Position numbers and translations under genes: made by a program. Positions 26,260-38,501 of a stretch of DNA of 64,000 bases are shown here, piece after piece. The stretch covers positions 496,001-560,000 of the forward strand of contig OZ025786.1 in the NCBI GenBank assembly GCA_964019425.1, written 5' to 3'. Source of the DNA: Flectonema sp. DT1601. Lineage: Eukaryota. How positions within the stretch are numbered: position 1 is the first letter of the stretch; every line of letters starts with the position of its first letter. The notes beneath the pieces are model-generated. The model had not been told where the DNA came from. It ran no database searches and saw only the letters and a program-made list of their open reading frames with translations.

Positions 26260-27780
26260 GTATAACACACGAGTAGAATCTCCCCCTTTATCCAGTCCGT
26301 GAAGTAAAGGATAAATAGCACTGTAAAATAGAGTGGAAAAAAAAAGGAGGGGGGAAAAAAAAATTGCGAATGAAATCTTACGTAAGAAGTTATGGACACG
26401 CTTTCCTTAATTGTTGTGTAGTCTCGAAGACGACAATATAAGAAAGTGAATTATTTTTAAAAAAAAAAAAAAAAATTACCCTTTTAGTTCAACTCCGAGG
26501 TAGCGTTAAAAAGTTGGTTCTTCCCGTTCCCCACTGGAAACAGTGTTGTACATAACTACTGATTTTCCCCAGATTCTTTTTTTCCCTCATTCAAAAAAAA
26601 GTATCAATTTACCTATTCTTTTCCCGTCTTATTCCCTCGTTTATTTTATTTTATTTTAAAATCCCTGTGATACCTGTGTTGATGAAAATGTGTAGCGTAA
26701 AGTACGTTATGCGTACCAGGTGTTATTTAGTAGTGGGACGTTGCCTGTTTTCAATCTGAGACGAAATCATCGATATTCATGCTGGGATCAAAGGTACGAC
26801 AGGTGCCCACAATATGAAATCACATCGGTAAATGTTCATCAGTTTTCTCTTGTATATTACAGTAGCCGACACATTTTTTTAGTTGGTTCGCTTTAAATAA
26901 TATTTGAAGTGACTTTTTTTCTTTTCTCTTCTTTTTTTTAGACAAAAAGAATTAATAATTATTTTTCTTTACACGTGTAGGTTTTTTTTTTTTTTTTTTT
27001 TTTTTTTTAGTTAATTGGAAATCAACAACAACGATTGAAGCAGAGCTCTCTCACACGACCAGGTTCGCAATGTACCTTAAAAATATTTGACGGGAAACCT
27101 GTGACTAATAATTATAAACATGGAGAGGGATTTCAAGAAACACTTTCTGAGGCTGAAGCCTTTTGGCAATGATTCTGCCTTGGGAATTAATCGTACAAAA
27201 ATCAAGTGTGGTCTGGCAGTTCTTTTTCGGAGTGGCTTTACCAATTTGGACCATAATCTCTCCATTTTTCTTGCCCACCCCTTTTTACCGAAGAACACAA
27301 CAGAAATTTGAAATAACAAAAAACAAAAAAACAAAAAACAAAAAAGTGATAATAATCCAACTAACAAGTTCCAAACAGAAATATTGGACGCGTGCGACAG
27401 AACAAACAAAAAAAAAAAAAAAAAAAAATCGGAACTTTAATAGGAACTACCTTTTTTTGTTGATTACGATTAGGTTATAATAGTTTTTGTTTTTGTTTAT
27501 TTTATTTTTTTAATTTTTAATTTTTATTTCTTACAGGGAATACTAAAACAATTATTCTGAAAGTGGCGATAGGTCTTTCTCTTAGCAAGGAGTCAACAAT
27601 TCCTGTACACAGAGAACAATATCTTCTTTTGTTTCCTTAAACAACATCATTCAGTTACATACTTCACAACCCGAATGATTAACTATTTAGTAATCGATTG
27701 TAGTAGGACTAGCTCGATGTCTTCATATGAGTCAGTCAAACGAAATCTTTTATTTTCAATTTCCACAACAGAATTACGAA

Positions 27781-30268
27781 ATGGAAGGTGAAGAACCTTC
27801 AATGAATGAGGAAGCTCCACCTGAGGAGGAATCCCAACCAGCAGCAGCTGCCGACGACAGCAAGACAGACGCTGAGGAACAGAAGGAAGTTGCAGAAGAG
27901 AAACCAGAAACTGAAGCTGCCGAAGAGCAGGCTGCACCCACTGAAGATAAACCGGAAGCTACTGAACCGCAGGATAAACCGGAAGCTGCTGAACCGCAGG
28001 AGAAGGCGGAAGCGGGGGAACCAACGGCGGAACCTGCTGAAGAGCAAGCTGCACCCACTGAGGACAAACCGGAGACTGCTGAGGAGAAAGTGGAAGCGAC
28101 CGAACCTGTCGAAGAGCAGGCTGCACCCACTGAGGAAAAACTAGAAGCTGCTGAAGAGAAGGCTGAAGCTGAAGAAGAGCAGGCGGTAGCCGCCGAGCAG
28201 GCAGTTGAGGTCGCAGAGAAGACCGAAGCTGCCGAAGAGAAGAAGGAAGTTGAGGAGAAGAAAGAAATCACGGAACAGTCGGGACAGTCACCAGCTCCAG
28301 CGGAAGTTGAGAAAGACGCTGAAACAAATCCGGAGCGCGAACCTCCGCACAGAACAATTCCACAGGCGTGGCAGAGTCAAGAAAGTAATTTAGTTCTCGT
28401 AAAGTTCTTAGTCCTTCCAGACGGATTCAGTCATGTAAAGCAATATCCCTCAGATATACCAGCTGTTTATATGTATAGTCAATTAGAGAAAGATCTTTGT
28501 GTAGATAAGAGCACAATTCACATATCTTGGGAAGGTCGACCCTTTCAAGAGACTGATATTCTTAATGAAGTTGCAAACATTCCAGACTCTGGATTACTTA
28601 TATTACACTTACAGTTTGATGATCTACCAAGGCATCTTCAAATACTATCTGTGGGTGAGATGACTTCGGGTACCCGAAATGTTGTTATCAACTACGGAGA
28701 AGGTATTCCTTCTAAAAGTTATGTTGTGACTCTTGTTATTGCCTTTGATAAGAAACCTTTTATTGGTGGGTTTCGTCACAAGAAAACAGATGTTCATTAC
28801 CACCACGCTGTTGCTCAAACAGATCCACTTTGTAAAGAGGAAAGAGCTCGCTGTGATAAAGTTTCTCGGGATACTCAAACAAGAGGAATAACAAGAACTG
28901 TTCAAACTGTTAGAGAATGTGGTACTCAAATGGCACACAGTGGTCATATTGTATCTACTGATGATGATAAAGTGTTTTACTCCCGACCCTACTTCACGTC
29001 TCAGCAGGTATGTCATTATTCTCATGTTCTCCGTTTGTGAGGTCTTTTTAGAGGTACGCAGTTTGCTTACCACGTTTAGTCAGACCCGCGTGTTACTAAC
29101 CGCGTGTGTGTTTCCTCAACTCCAATTCTTACCTGTTGTTGATATACGAAAATAATATAAACACAAACAGCTCCACGACCTCCGCATCGCGAAAAGTGTC
29201 GTAGTACAGAGTCATATCCGTGGTTGGTTTGCTCGGAAGTACGCCAAGCAGCTTCGTAAAGAACGCGAGGAAACCCAGCAAAGAATCACAGCTGAGGAAT
29301 CTGAAAGGGCTGCTGAACACAATAGAAAACGTCAACGTGAGATCAAAAGACGAACACACCCGAGGAATACTCGAGACTTCACTACTCTTTATAATGAGTT
29401 AGAAGCATGGAGACTTCAGGAAACTCAGAAGATCAAAGAATCAGACATGACAAAAGAAGAAACTCATCTCTCTCTTCAAGAACTTCTGAAAAAGGAAACA
29501 AAACTCTTACAGACAATCCACAAGTTGCAAAACGCTGCTAATAAACAAAACAAAGAGAGAAAAATTAAAACTTTACTGGAAGAGATGACGACATACAAAT
29601 CATGGGGAAAGGTGTGCTTTTTTTTTTCCATACTTTTATTTTATTTTTTCAATTTATTAATATAAACGACAAAACAAATAATAAAAAAACAGTCTGGAAC
29701 CGTTGTGGAAACACCATTCACTGTCAGAGCACGTGAGCTTATGGATCTGTACTGTGGTTTACAGCTCACAGGATTGTATGAGTTGCTTCTCTTTAAATGA
29801 ATTTTTTTTAAAATAAAATAAAACATTCGAATTAACAACCACCAAACAGGAGTATTGATGAACGCCTAGACATTCTACTTCACATTAAATGGACAGTCAA
29901 AGAGTTCAGTTGTCCTCTAACAAGAGAGGTTGTAGAATTAGTTGATAGAGAAGCAGACATATTAAACAGAGGAAGACCATCAAAGACTCTTGAAGGTATG
30001 TAAGTTACATGACAACAATTAATTAAATTTAATTAAAAAAGCTCCCTATTTTGACCCTACAAATTTTTGTGGCTGCTTTTCACTTCCATCTTTGAAAAAA
30101 AAAAACAAAAAAAAAAAAAAAAAAAAAACAGGACAACGACAGCGTCTTAATAATCTGTTTTTACAATTTATCGAAACACCAGAATTTAATCCAGAAGCGA
30201 TTCATCATCAACAAGTTCCTTTAGAATTTGCATCTCGTCCTCTTGTAAAGTTAGATAATAGAAGATAA
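27781..30268 (+). CDS. IQUB: IQ and ubiquitin-like domain-containing protein (radial spoke-associated) with acidic low-complexity N-terminus
   Basis: KPFIGGFRHKKTDVHYHHA, IQ motif VQSHIRGWFARK, TPFTVRARELM, ERLDILLHIKWTVKEF, LFLQFIETPEFNPEA. Introns 29008-29170, 29612-29692, 29776-29849, 29996-30131. Confidence 0.88.
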
Positions 30269-30690
30269 CATTAAACTTATATGGACTGATGTTGGAGTGC
30301 TTATGATTAATGGGATACGTCAGGTTACCACTTGGCATTCAAAAAAAGATTGCAAACAAAACTTAACTTAAAATGAAGGAGGATTTTTATCAACAAGACA
30401 CCACAGTTACGGTAAACTTCATTGATTTAAATCGAGTAGCTTAACTTTCTTTTTTTTCTTTAAGATTGTTTTGACTTTTGCCGTCTTTTTTTTGTATTGT
30501 TCGCATCAGGTTTATTTTTTATTTTTTTTATATTATTCTGTTGCTTACACCCCCCCCTTACCCCTTTTATTGTTATTATATAGCTTTTACTGAATAAATA
30601 GTTCTGTAGTACCTGAAAGGTGGTAGTTTTTTGGGTGTGTTGTATTATTAATAGATTATTCTTTTATCCTATTCAGGTACCCTACTTTAG

Positions 30691-31632
30691 ATGTCTCATT
30701 CTGGAGAAGTAAAAGTTTGGAAATCAAAGAAGCGAGGTGATGGATATGGATTTGCTCACTGCACAGACGAAAGTGTAGTTTGGATTTCTGGTGCTGAACT
30801 TGGAGAAGGTATGAGACTGGTAGCGGGTAAAACAGTGAACTTTGATTTAGCTGAAGCCGAAGGTCACGGCAACCGCAAGCAAGGGTTAAATGTAACAGGA
30901 GAAGGCGTCGTAGATGCCGAAAGCTTTACACAAACGAAAGAAGAAGAAGCAGCAGCTAAGAAACTTTGGAATGACTACGTTGAGAACACAATTAAACCTT
31001 TAGCTGGTGACACGGAGAAGAAACCAGCGAGGTCTGAAAAGAAAAATGAAAAAAATAACAACAACAACAACAACAACAACGACAATAGCAATCCTCGCTC
31101 AAAGGGAAACGACTACCACGCCCGAGGAACCCGAGGAGGGATGGGAGGTGGTGGCAAGGGAGGCTCTAACAGTAGGTACGGCTCAAAAGGAGGACCCCCA
31201 TCATACCCTTCCTACTCAGGACGTAATAACTACGATTCATACGGAGGTGGATACGGTGGTTATGGAGGAGGTAGCGGATATGGTTATGGATCAGGTGGAG
31301 GGATGATGATGACATCAAATGACTATCGCAGTCAACTTGCTGTTATACCTGCTCGTGCTGAACGTCGTACGGATCCAAATGATGGTAAATTGTACAGTAA
31401 AGAAGAATTTAGAAAGTGCTACAACTCTTACCGCGAATGGGACTCAGCTGAACCAAAAGAAGCACCTAAACAACCTGCTGGCCGTGGTGCTGGCAGTTCT
31501 GAAAAGAGACTTGATCCTAGCGATGGCTGTCCATACACTAAAGAATCATTCATTGCAGAATACGGAGGCTCACGCGAGTGGGACCGCGCTAAGCTATTTA
31601 AACCTGGCATGGGTCGTGGCAGAATATCCTAA
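30691..31632 (+). CDS. Cold-shock-domain protein with RGG/YGG low-complexity region and two copies of an unassigned ~30-aa module
   Basis: GEVKVWKSKKRGDGYGFAH..V.FDL is CSD/OB-like. G/Y/R-rich middle region. Modules at ~31360-31449 and ~31501-31590. Confidence 0.8.
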   Translation: MSHSGEVKVWKSKKRGDGYGFAHCTDESVVWISGAELGEGMRLVAGKTVNFDLAEAEGHGNRKQGLNVTGEGVVDAESFTQTKEEEAAAKKLWNDYVENTIKPLAGDTEKKPARSEKKNEKNNNNNNNNNDNSNPRSKGNDYHARGTRGGMGGGGKGGSNSRYGSKGGPPSYPSYSGRNNYDSYGGGYGGYGGGSGYGYGSGGGMMMTSNDYRSQLAVIPARAERRTDPNDGKLYSKEEFRKCYNSYREWDSAEPKEAPKQPAGRGAGSSEKRLDPSDGCPYTKESFIAEYGGSREWDRAKLFKPGMGRGRIS

Positions 31633-32891
31633 TTAGGGATTTGAATGCTTATTATGTGTTGTTTAGTTATGAAACTTTTCAGCTATGTTTTGAAGGACAA
31701 TGTGGACTTCCTCACACTGTCTTGGTGGGCTAGTAGGAATGCGTTGTACCACGAAGTGGTACCTTAGCAGTGACTAAAAACTAGTCTCGTATTGTTAAAA
31801 TGGCTGTTATATTGCTGAAGGAAAAAAGAATACAAAAAAAAAAAAAAAAAAAGCATTAAATAAAAACTGACAAGCGTACACGTCAATAAGGGAAGAGAAA
31901 AAAAAGAAAGGGGAAAAAAAAAAAAAGAGAGGAGAAAAAAATAATACAAAAAGGTATAGAAAGAACTATAATAATAAATCTTTACATCTCAATTACATAA
32001 ATAACCTTCTGCATCCGTTCTGATGAGTGTTGAGCCTTTAGGTTCTTTTTAACAGTAGATTTTATAAGGTATAGTAAGTGTTGTTTGATAGTCCTTTTTT
32101 TTTGTTTTTTTAAATTAAAACAGTCATAATAGTAAACCACCAGAGCTTTGAAAATTTTGATTTTTTTCTGTCATGTTGGATCGTTTTGATGTGGTTAATA
32201 TTTTTTGTGATGAGTTGGTGAATTTCACAAAACTATTTTTGTGAAATTTTACACTAATTAAAATAATATAAAAAAAATTCTGACTTCAGCTAATTAAACT
32301 GTTCTCGTGATATTCTTACTCAAATGAGAGAGAACAACAAAAAAAAAAAAAAAAAACTTGAACTTAAACTTAAACTTAAAACGAATCATTTTTTTTTTTT
32401 TTGATAGGCTACGCTAGATCATTCCAGCAAAAAATGTGATCATCAGCATCACCCTGAATAAAAAAATTAATATCGTAACTGTGTTCAGATAAATTTATTA
32501 ATGTTATTATATTTTATGCGAGAGTTATTGAAAAAAATCGTGTTTACTCAGATTTATAAATGAGGAAAGAACGACTACTAACAGAGCTTGCTTTCTTGCT
32601 TTGCTTTCTTTGAGAGGAATCATACTTTCCCTGCGAACGGCTCTGTTATGAAAGGAAAAAAAAAAAAAAAAAAAACCAAGGAAACAAAAAAAAATGAAGG
32701 AAAAAGAGAATTTTTTCTATTCTTTTTCCCCCTTGTTGTTTTTATAATATTTGTTTTTGATCGAATTACTTTGTTTTAAGTCAAGAGTATGGAATGTGAA
32801 CAAGACTGTTAATAAAAAGGTACCAAAAGATCAAGAAAATCAACAATTTACATTCATCTTAACAGCAGTCAGGGGGAGGGGAGCAAAGCAT

Positions 32892-35018
32892 ATGGAACGA
32901 AGGACAGACACCGACGGGTGCGACTACACGAAAGAAGAATTTCGGAGTTGCTACGGAAACGACGATAAGTGGGAAGCACTTGAAAAACGAATTGACCCAC
33001 GAGATGGAGAAGCCAAAGTAAAACGAGGATTTATTGAACATTACGGAGGTTTGAGTGAATGGAATGCTGCCTCTCCACCAAAACCAGAAGTTGAGGAGAA
33101 GCGTATTGACCCTGCTGACGGTAATCTATACACTAAGGTACAGTTTATAAGTTGCTATGGAGGTGAACGAGAATGGACAAAAGCAGCTGAGGAACACAGA
33201 ATAGACGAAGCTGATAGCAAAGCCTACACAAAAAATGATTTTGTTGTATGCTACGGTGACGCCGTGAAATGGGATGCTGCCCGTCCTGTTGGGCAGAAGC
33301 ACGAAGATCCACAGCCTGTGACTACCTCTACCTCTACACCAGAATCTATACCTGTCTCAGCACTAGTTAAGAAATCTAATCAAGAACAAGAACCTGTTCC
33401 ATTGGAGTCTCCTAAACCAGCTGTTTCAAAAGTTCTCTCCTTGTCAAAGAAACCTGACCTGAGAGAAGGTATTCCTTCAAGGAAAAAGGAACGTGCAGTC
33501 AGCTATGAAGACTTCTCAGTCTTAACATCAAAGCAGGCACGGAGTCCAAAACAGTCGCCAAGAGCCAGCCCGTCCGCCAGTCCAAGGCCGCGGGTTTCTA
33601 TTGTTGCACCTGAAGGATCTGGCTCAGCTCCACAATCCCCAACTCAGAGAGGGCAATCTCATTTTCAAAAACCTGCTGCTGGGATCCCTCTGGTTACATC
33701 AACACCTGAAGTTAATCAAGAAATGCTAAAGGGTGAGAAGCTTACATTAGATGATGAGAAGCACAGCTTCAGTATCGTTATCGTTGGACACGTTGATGCT
33801 GGGAAGAGTACGATGATGGGAAGGTTGCTCTTTGAGTTGAATGTAGTTTCACAAGCCCTGATTCACAAGTATGAAAGAAATGCTAAAAATGCCGGGAAAC
33901 AATCATTTCACTTCGCATGGGTTCTAGACGAGACCGAAGAAGAACGAGAGAGGGGAGTGACAATGGATGTTGCGGTGGCTACTTTTTCGACACCCAAGAA
34001 ATGGATAACAGTTCTTGATGCTCCTGGTCATCAAGCTTTCGTAGGACGTACGTGTAACGGAGCGAGTCAAGCTGACGCTGCTGTCGTAGTAATCAACGCA
34101 ATCGCTGGTGAATTTGAAACCGGTTTAGAACGCGGACAAACCCGAGAACACATTCTAATCCTCCGCGGAGCTGGAATCCGTCACTTAATGATTGCCGTGA
34201 ATAAGTTAGACACCGTGACTGACAGCGAGAAACGCTTCGGTGAGATTGTAGCTCTTCTGTCTGACTTCTTACTGTCTGTTGGATTTAAATCTGAAAACAT
34301 CAGATGGGTACCTGTATCAGGATTACAAGGACATAATTTAGTTGAAAGGAAAGAAGGAATATTCCCATGGTGGACAGGAGACACCTTCGTCAGCGCAGTT
34401 GATTCCTTACCTCAGCCGCAAAGGTTACCAAAACTCCCACTTCGAATGTCTATATCAGATAGCTTAAAAAGTGTTGTTGGGGGTAAAATAGAAACAGGAA
34501 TTGTATCAGTAGGAGATAAGATTACTGTGATGCCGGTTAATCAGGTCGCAACAATAAAATCCCTCCAACGTCATAATATGCATGCCTCTTCTGCATCATC
34601 CGGTGACTATGTATTATGCACCTTATCAGGACTTGACGAAAAGAACACCAACATTGCTATTGGAGATGCTATGTGTCCTCCTTCCTGTAAAGTAAAAGTC
34701 TGCCGTGTTTTTGAAGCGCAGATTATGGTCATCACTGACACTCTGATAACAAAAGCATTTCGGTTTACTTTACATCATCAGTCTACTACTGTCGACGCTT
34801 CCGTCACTAAGATGCTTCCTTTTAATGGAAAAACTTCAAAGTGTTTGGGTAACAATAAGACTGGACTCGTTCAAATTACAACTTGTCGTCCGATTTGTAT
34901 TGAAATGGTGTCAGAATTTAAGGGTTTTGGTAGGATTGTAATGCGACAGGCACAGACGACAGTTGCCATGGGTGCCGTGATGGGAATTCATCCACAGCCT
35001 GTAAAGGATATTTCGTGA
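32892..35018 (+). CDS. HBS1: HBS1-like translational GTPase (eEF1A/eRF3/HBS1 family) with four N-terminal copies of the ~30-aa module
   Basis: First ATG at 32892. GHVDAGKST, GKQSFHFAWVLDETEEERERGVTMDV, DAPGH, GQTREH, NKLD, VPVSGL, followed by EF-Tu domains II/III. Confidence 0.85.
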   Translation: MERRTDTDGCDYTKEEFRSCYGNDDKWEALEKRIDPRDGEAKVKRGFIEHYGGLSEWNAASPPKPEVEEKRIDPADGNLYTKVQFISCYGGEREWTKAAEEHRIDEADSKAYTKNDFVVCYGDAVKWDAARPVGQKHEDPQPVTTSTSTPESIPVSALVKKSNQEQEPVPLESPKPAVSKVLSLSKKPDLREGIPSRKKERAVSYEDFSVLTSKQARSPKQSPRASPSASPRPRVSIVAPEGSGSAPQSPTQRGQSHFQKPAAGIPLVTSTPEVNQEMLKGEKLTLDDEKHSFSIVIVGHVDAGKSTMMGRLLFELNVVSQALIHKYERNAKNAGKQSFHFAWVLDETEEERERGVTMDVAVATFSTPKKWITVLDAPGHQAFVGRTCNGASQADAAVVVINAIAGEFETGLERGQTREHILILRGAGIRHLMIAVNKLDTVTDSEKRFGEIVALLSDFLLSVGFKSENIRWVPVSGLQGHNLVERKEGIFPWWTGDTFVSAVDSLPQPQRLPKLPLRMSISDSLKSVVGGKIETGIVSVGDKITVMPVNQVATIKSLQRHNMHASSASSGDYVLCTLSGLDEKNTNIAIGDAMCPPSCKVKVCRVFEAQIMVITDTLITKAFRFTLHHQSTTVDASVTKMLPFNGKTSKCLGNNKTGLVQITTCRPICIEMVSEFKGFGRIVMRQAQTTVAMGAVMGIHPQPVKDIS

Positions 35019-35988
35019 GAGCACGGATGTGAAGCACACGAGTATCTATCTTAAGTTCATTGGTATCCACTGACAACCAGTGAATAATCGTACCGTCGTA
35101 ATCAACAATCACTAACGCAAGTGCTGCCGGAGACATGTTCCAACAATTTCGCGATTTCACAATAACTTCTTTCATCTTTTTTTTTAAATATTTTTATTAT
35201 TTTGTTTTTTTTTACTGTAATATTATTTTTATCTGTCCTTGAAAGGGGAAAACTTGTGATTCGTTAATAACAAAGAAGTATATAAACTGAATTTTTTAAA
35301 AAAAAAAAAAAAAAAAAAAAAGCCAGAGGGGAAAAAATAAAATAAAGAGAGAAATAGAATGCGGTGTGGTGACAGAATAGGAGGATTCAATTATTAATAA
35401 TCTCTTTTTGGGTAGCTCCCTTTACTAATTGTTCCAAGAGGATAGCTCTGACGGAGAAAATTGCCAAAGAAGAGAGAAGCGAAGAAAGCCATTAAGGCCT
35501 CTGGTGCCGTAAGCCGTAAGCCCTTACTCTTTATTTGTCCAAAAGACTACTTCTGGTAAGAAGGGTAAGACTGACTCTCTGTCGTCCAATGCAAAAGAGA
35601 GCTGAGAGAAACGCTGATTAACGCTATTTTAAGACAAAAGCTTCTTGTAAACTTATGCTGCTGGCGATTTTTTTTACAAAATAGAATTGCTCCTCGACAT
35701 CAACACAGCTCCAAAATTAGTAAGAAAGAAAAAAGAACAGAAGAAAAATAAAATAAAGCACCAGTAAGATTATTTTTGACACTAAAAAGGGTACCAACCA
35801 GCTAGCAATTATGTGTTACTTTTAATGTTTCTTTTTTTTTTTTTTTTTTTTTTGTTTGAAAAAAAAGATGATCAGGTTTTTTATCTATTTTTTTTTTGAG
35901 ATGTTAGTCACAGTCAAATTTTTATTTTTATTTTTTCCATAAAAAAAGAAGTTCTCACCCGATATGTATTACTGATGTGAGAACAGCC

Positions 35989-37164
35989 ATGCCGACCCTT
36001 CGGAAATTGTACTCCCTCCTGGACGTCCCCGAGGGGTCCACGAACAGTGACATGAAACGGGCTTACCACAAATTGGCATTAGAAACTCATCCTGACAGAG
36101 TAGAGGGGGGAGATGCTGAGCAATTTAAGAAGATTAACGAAGCGTATGAGATACTAACAGATTCGGTAAAGAGACAGGCTTACTTAGAAAATGGAAGTGA
36201 CAGTGACACTGTAAATAATTCTCCAATGCAGAGATCGAGATCAAGAAGAAAAACCCCATCACATCGACCGAACCCTTCTCCAATGATGCGACCTTTTGAC
36301 TCTCCGAATATCACAACAGTTGAGGAGCATAGAGTGAAGAGACCTCTCTATCTGAAACCTGAATTTATAACTTTCTTATTAATAATCGTATTGGTAGGCT
36401 TACTTACTACAAATCATGGTCAAAGCCTCACTTTGTCAAACCTTCGAAATTCACTCTCTCGTAAGAATTCAGAGAGCACTCAACCCCATCGAATCTCACA
36501 AAGTATACTTCCTTCTGTTACAATATCAGGAGGATGTAGTGAAACACGTAAAGTTGTTGAGGGAATATTCACGCATCAGGGTGTTCTCTTAGGACGTCCG
36601 TGGTTTAAACAAAAAAAGACTGGTTCAATGCTATACTATGATTCTTCTTGTGATGGACAAAACGCACCTGCTGGCTGGTTCATTATGGATCAAGAAAATT
36701 CTAATCAAATCATTCCGGAACCGAAGTTTGGAACCGGATGTGGTACTACTGCGAGGCTTGCTTGGGTATGTTTTTCTATTGTGTAAAAAATCTATTTCTG
36801 AGCTATGCTACTGTTTACTTTTTTTCAAAAAAAAAAAAATATAACAGGCTGGCTCCGCTGTACCCTACGGCACTCATGAATGGGAAATGGCATGCGACAG
36901 TAATATTCCCACTAGGGTTGAGTTAACAATTAGTGAGGGGGATGTATGTTATCATTTTTATTTTTAAAAGGGGGGATTTTGTATACCAAGGTAAATTAAT
37001 TAAAGTAATGCTTGCCAGCTCATTCATATGTGGGGGTGCGCCAGTCGTTCGAATTGCTGCACCAAAGAAACCCATAAAAAATACCTATTTCGGTTGTTAC
37101 ATGTGAAAATTTATAAAAACTCACTAAATTAAAAATCAATCAGCGAGAGTCCGAATTTGGATGA
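35989..37164 (+). CDS. DnaJ (J-domain) protein with one TM helix and a Cys/Trp-containing C-terminal domain
   Basis: LYSLLDV..KRAYHKLALETHPDR..FKKINEAYEIL; TM FITFLLIIVLVGLL. Introns 36766-36847 and (tentative) 36944-37143. Confidence 0.78.
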
Positions 37165-37955
37165 CAGACCACAACGAACGAATAGCCGCCAACAAAGTTT
37201 GATGTTTGAATCTGCTTCAGCAGTCTTGGTTTATACGGCCGCTTATGGGGAGCTTACGCTTATGGGAGAACCACAACTTGTTCCCCGGTCATATATTTTT
37301 CGGTTTATTATTATTACTCTGCGCCTTTTTTTTTTTTTTTTCTTCTTCTTCGACTACTCTCATTTGCGATCAAGAGTGTATTTTTGCATTCTCGTGTGGT
37401 CGTACTGTGGATAAATTTATTTATTTTACTTTACATATGACACTATAATCTGTAAATTTATTTATTTTTTTTTTTTTCCCCCAGCATTTGACATGCATTG
37501 CAAAAGATAAAAAAAAAAAAGAAATGTTGGCAGCACACGTAAACTTCCCTTAGCTTTCTTAAGTCTAAGTCGGTTTTTTGTGACGTGCACAAAACAAAAA
37601 CTACAGAAAATAGTAATATAACACTGATGTTTAAGTTTTTTTAAAGCCAATTTTCTTTTCTTTCTTTTTTTCTTATTCCCCAAACAACTATTTTTTTTAT
37701 TGAATGCAACTTATTATGTTCACGGGTAGCTGATTCTCTGGTGCTAATTTGATACTCTGCGTGTTTTGTTGTTATTTTCCCGTCGGCTACTAAAAACTAA
37801 AAAAAAGAGTTGAGAAGAGTTTTTTTTTTTTTTTTTTTTTTTTGAATTTTCGAAGAGAAAAGGTGATAGGCTCTTCTTGTTTGAATTTTAAGCCAGACCG
37901 TAACCAAAATTGTTGCAAACTTATAAAAAAAATAAAACACAATAAATTTCACTAT

Positions 37956-37987
<32 letters not shown>

Positions 37988-38501
37988 GTACGACTGCATT
38001 TCTTTTTCTTTCCTATATGTTGTTGTCTATGAACACTTTCTGTGAGCAAAAAAAAAAGAAATTTTCCTCCTTTTTTTATTCCTACTATCTACAATGAACG
38101 TAAAGGATGAAGAAAGGTCCGAAACAGCGTATTTTATTGAGCAGAAGTAACTTTTTTTTCAATCTTCGGTAAGATTCATGATTATTATTGAGCCCAGGGT
38201 TATCCTACTAACTACGGCCAATATCGTTTTCTCTCCTCTGAAAATTTACTTCAAAGGATGAAGGATGAATCTTGTTTTTCGTCTCTTTTTTTTTTTTTTT
38301 TTTCCACTCGAATTTGGTGCACCAAAAAAGTATTGGTTAAAAGCAAGAAAACATCTTTTTAAGCATTCAGCCAGGTGATCGTGAACAGTCTGGCAGAGAA
38401 GAATGATACTATTAAATACTGTTATGCTATTTGAATGCGTCTTGTGTATTTTGATTGTTATTTTTTTTTTTTTTATAAACAAAAGCGGCAAAACACTTAA
38501 A

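Noticed and set aside
27120..27311. 63-aa ATG ORF downstream of a poly-T/AG acceptor-like site
   Set aside because: No recognisable motifs or coding bias; cannot be supported without expression data.
35400..35660. Purine-rich, GC-balanced block between HBS1 and the DnaJ gene
   Set aside because: No sustained ORF, convincing fold or RNA-family motif found by eye.
38107..38127. Hammerhead-like string atgaaga..gtccgaaacag, sharing an 11-mer with 25082-25092
   Set aside because: Neither site has the complete CUGANGA core with supporting stems; a shared 11-mer is expected by chance in 64 kb.
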